From Catajapyx aquilonaris (Eukaryota), in the NCBI GenBank assembly GCA_000934665.2, contig KZ539034.1, positions 1-35,758 of the forward strand: a DNA stretch of 35,758 nt, in the 5' to 3' direction. A program made the translations under genes and the position numbers. The notes below the pieces were generated by a model, which saw only the letters and a program-made list of their open reading frames with translations, did no database searches and had not been told where the DNA came from. Below, in pieces: positions 34,954-35,758 of this stretch (its first letter is position 1; every line of letters begins with the position of its first letter).

Positions 34954-35758
34954 TAAAGCCACTTCATATGAGCTAAAAATATACTCCTCACGTATTTCTG
35001 GCATATTGAGCCATAAAATATTTATAAGCGCTCTTCCCAGATAATCTGGCACTATCAGAAGCATACAGTACGTTCCTGTGCTATACACCAAGTTTATAAA
35101 AAAATTTGCATACGCTCAAGTTTTTTGTGCCCAAGTAAGTTATAAGTACGGCTGTTTTAATGAATTTTTAGGCACTCGCCCAAATTGTCCCAGTTCAGAC
35201 CACCACCGGTACCCTCTTTTCTTGCTACTGTCACGTGGCACGAAATGCGAGATGCATGCTTTTAATTAAATCTGAGGACATCTCAGGCACCGAGCAGACA
35301 TAAAGAGGTCAAAAACGCAGCACTAGTTCATTTTCTTACAAATATGGACTTGGGTATAAGAATGGAACTGGAGGAAGGGAGGCGCTCAATTATTCTAGCA
35401 AGTGAGCGAAACGACGCTCGCTCTACTGCTTCCATTGTGCCATTTCCTGACAGAACCTCGTGTATTATAATGATCACCCACCTGCAATGTGTTCAAGAAA
35501 ACAAGTATTTTAGATACCACCCATACATTCCTATTTCTAAAATATATATTTCTGACAATAATTTGGTCATGCACACGTCATCAAGTTGAGATAAATTCGA
35601 ACTGCTTCCGAGTCTTTTGCACAGGGCCAAAACTTCCAAGGGCTAGACAGGTAGAAGAAAATGATGCAGTGGCATGTTAGGAAAGGAAGCGGCGATCCAT
35701 CACCTATTTTGCACAAATGGAAACTAGGCCTGGTAGATTGGGTGGGGGCAAAGGGGGG

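Overview
AT-rich eukaryotic (animal, probably arthropod) genomic DNA with short GT-AG introns and two assembly gaps. The first ~6 kb holds three recognisable genes: a 3-exon axonemal dynein light chain 4 (DNAL4, +, 447-1008), a 4-exon SMUG1 uracil-DNA glycosylase (-, 5400-4323) and an intronless tRNA adenosine-34 deaminase ADAT2 (-, 4292-3789). The best observation is the SMUG1-ADAT2 junction. ADAT2 starts only 30 nt after the SMUG1 TGA, on the same strand and in the same frame, across a stop-free linker with a near-perfect Kozak context. The first AATAAA lies beyond ADAT2. This points to a dicistronic mRNA or a readthrough glycosylase-deaminase fusion. The other ~30 kb is dominated by DNA-transposon relics: a Sola2-type element with nested Kolobok-type and other MITEs, an internally deleted Tc1/mariner element whose ORF is still open, hAT, P-like, piggyBac-like and pogo-like MITEs, foldback elements, a tRNA-derived SINE, satellites and many TACAGTA-type excision footprints. 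Removing the transposons in silico rebuilds a spliced, unrecognised minus-strand gene relic at about 12.4-18.3 kb. All calls were made by eye; no database searches were run.
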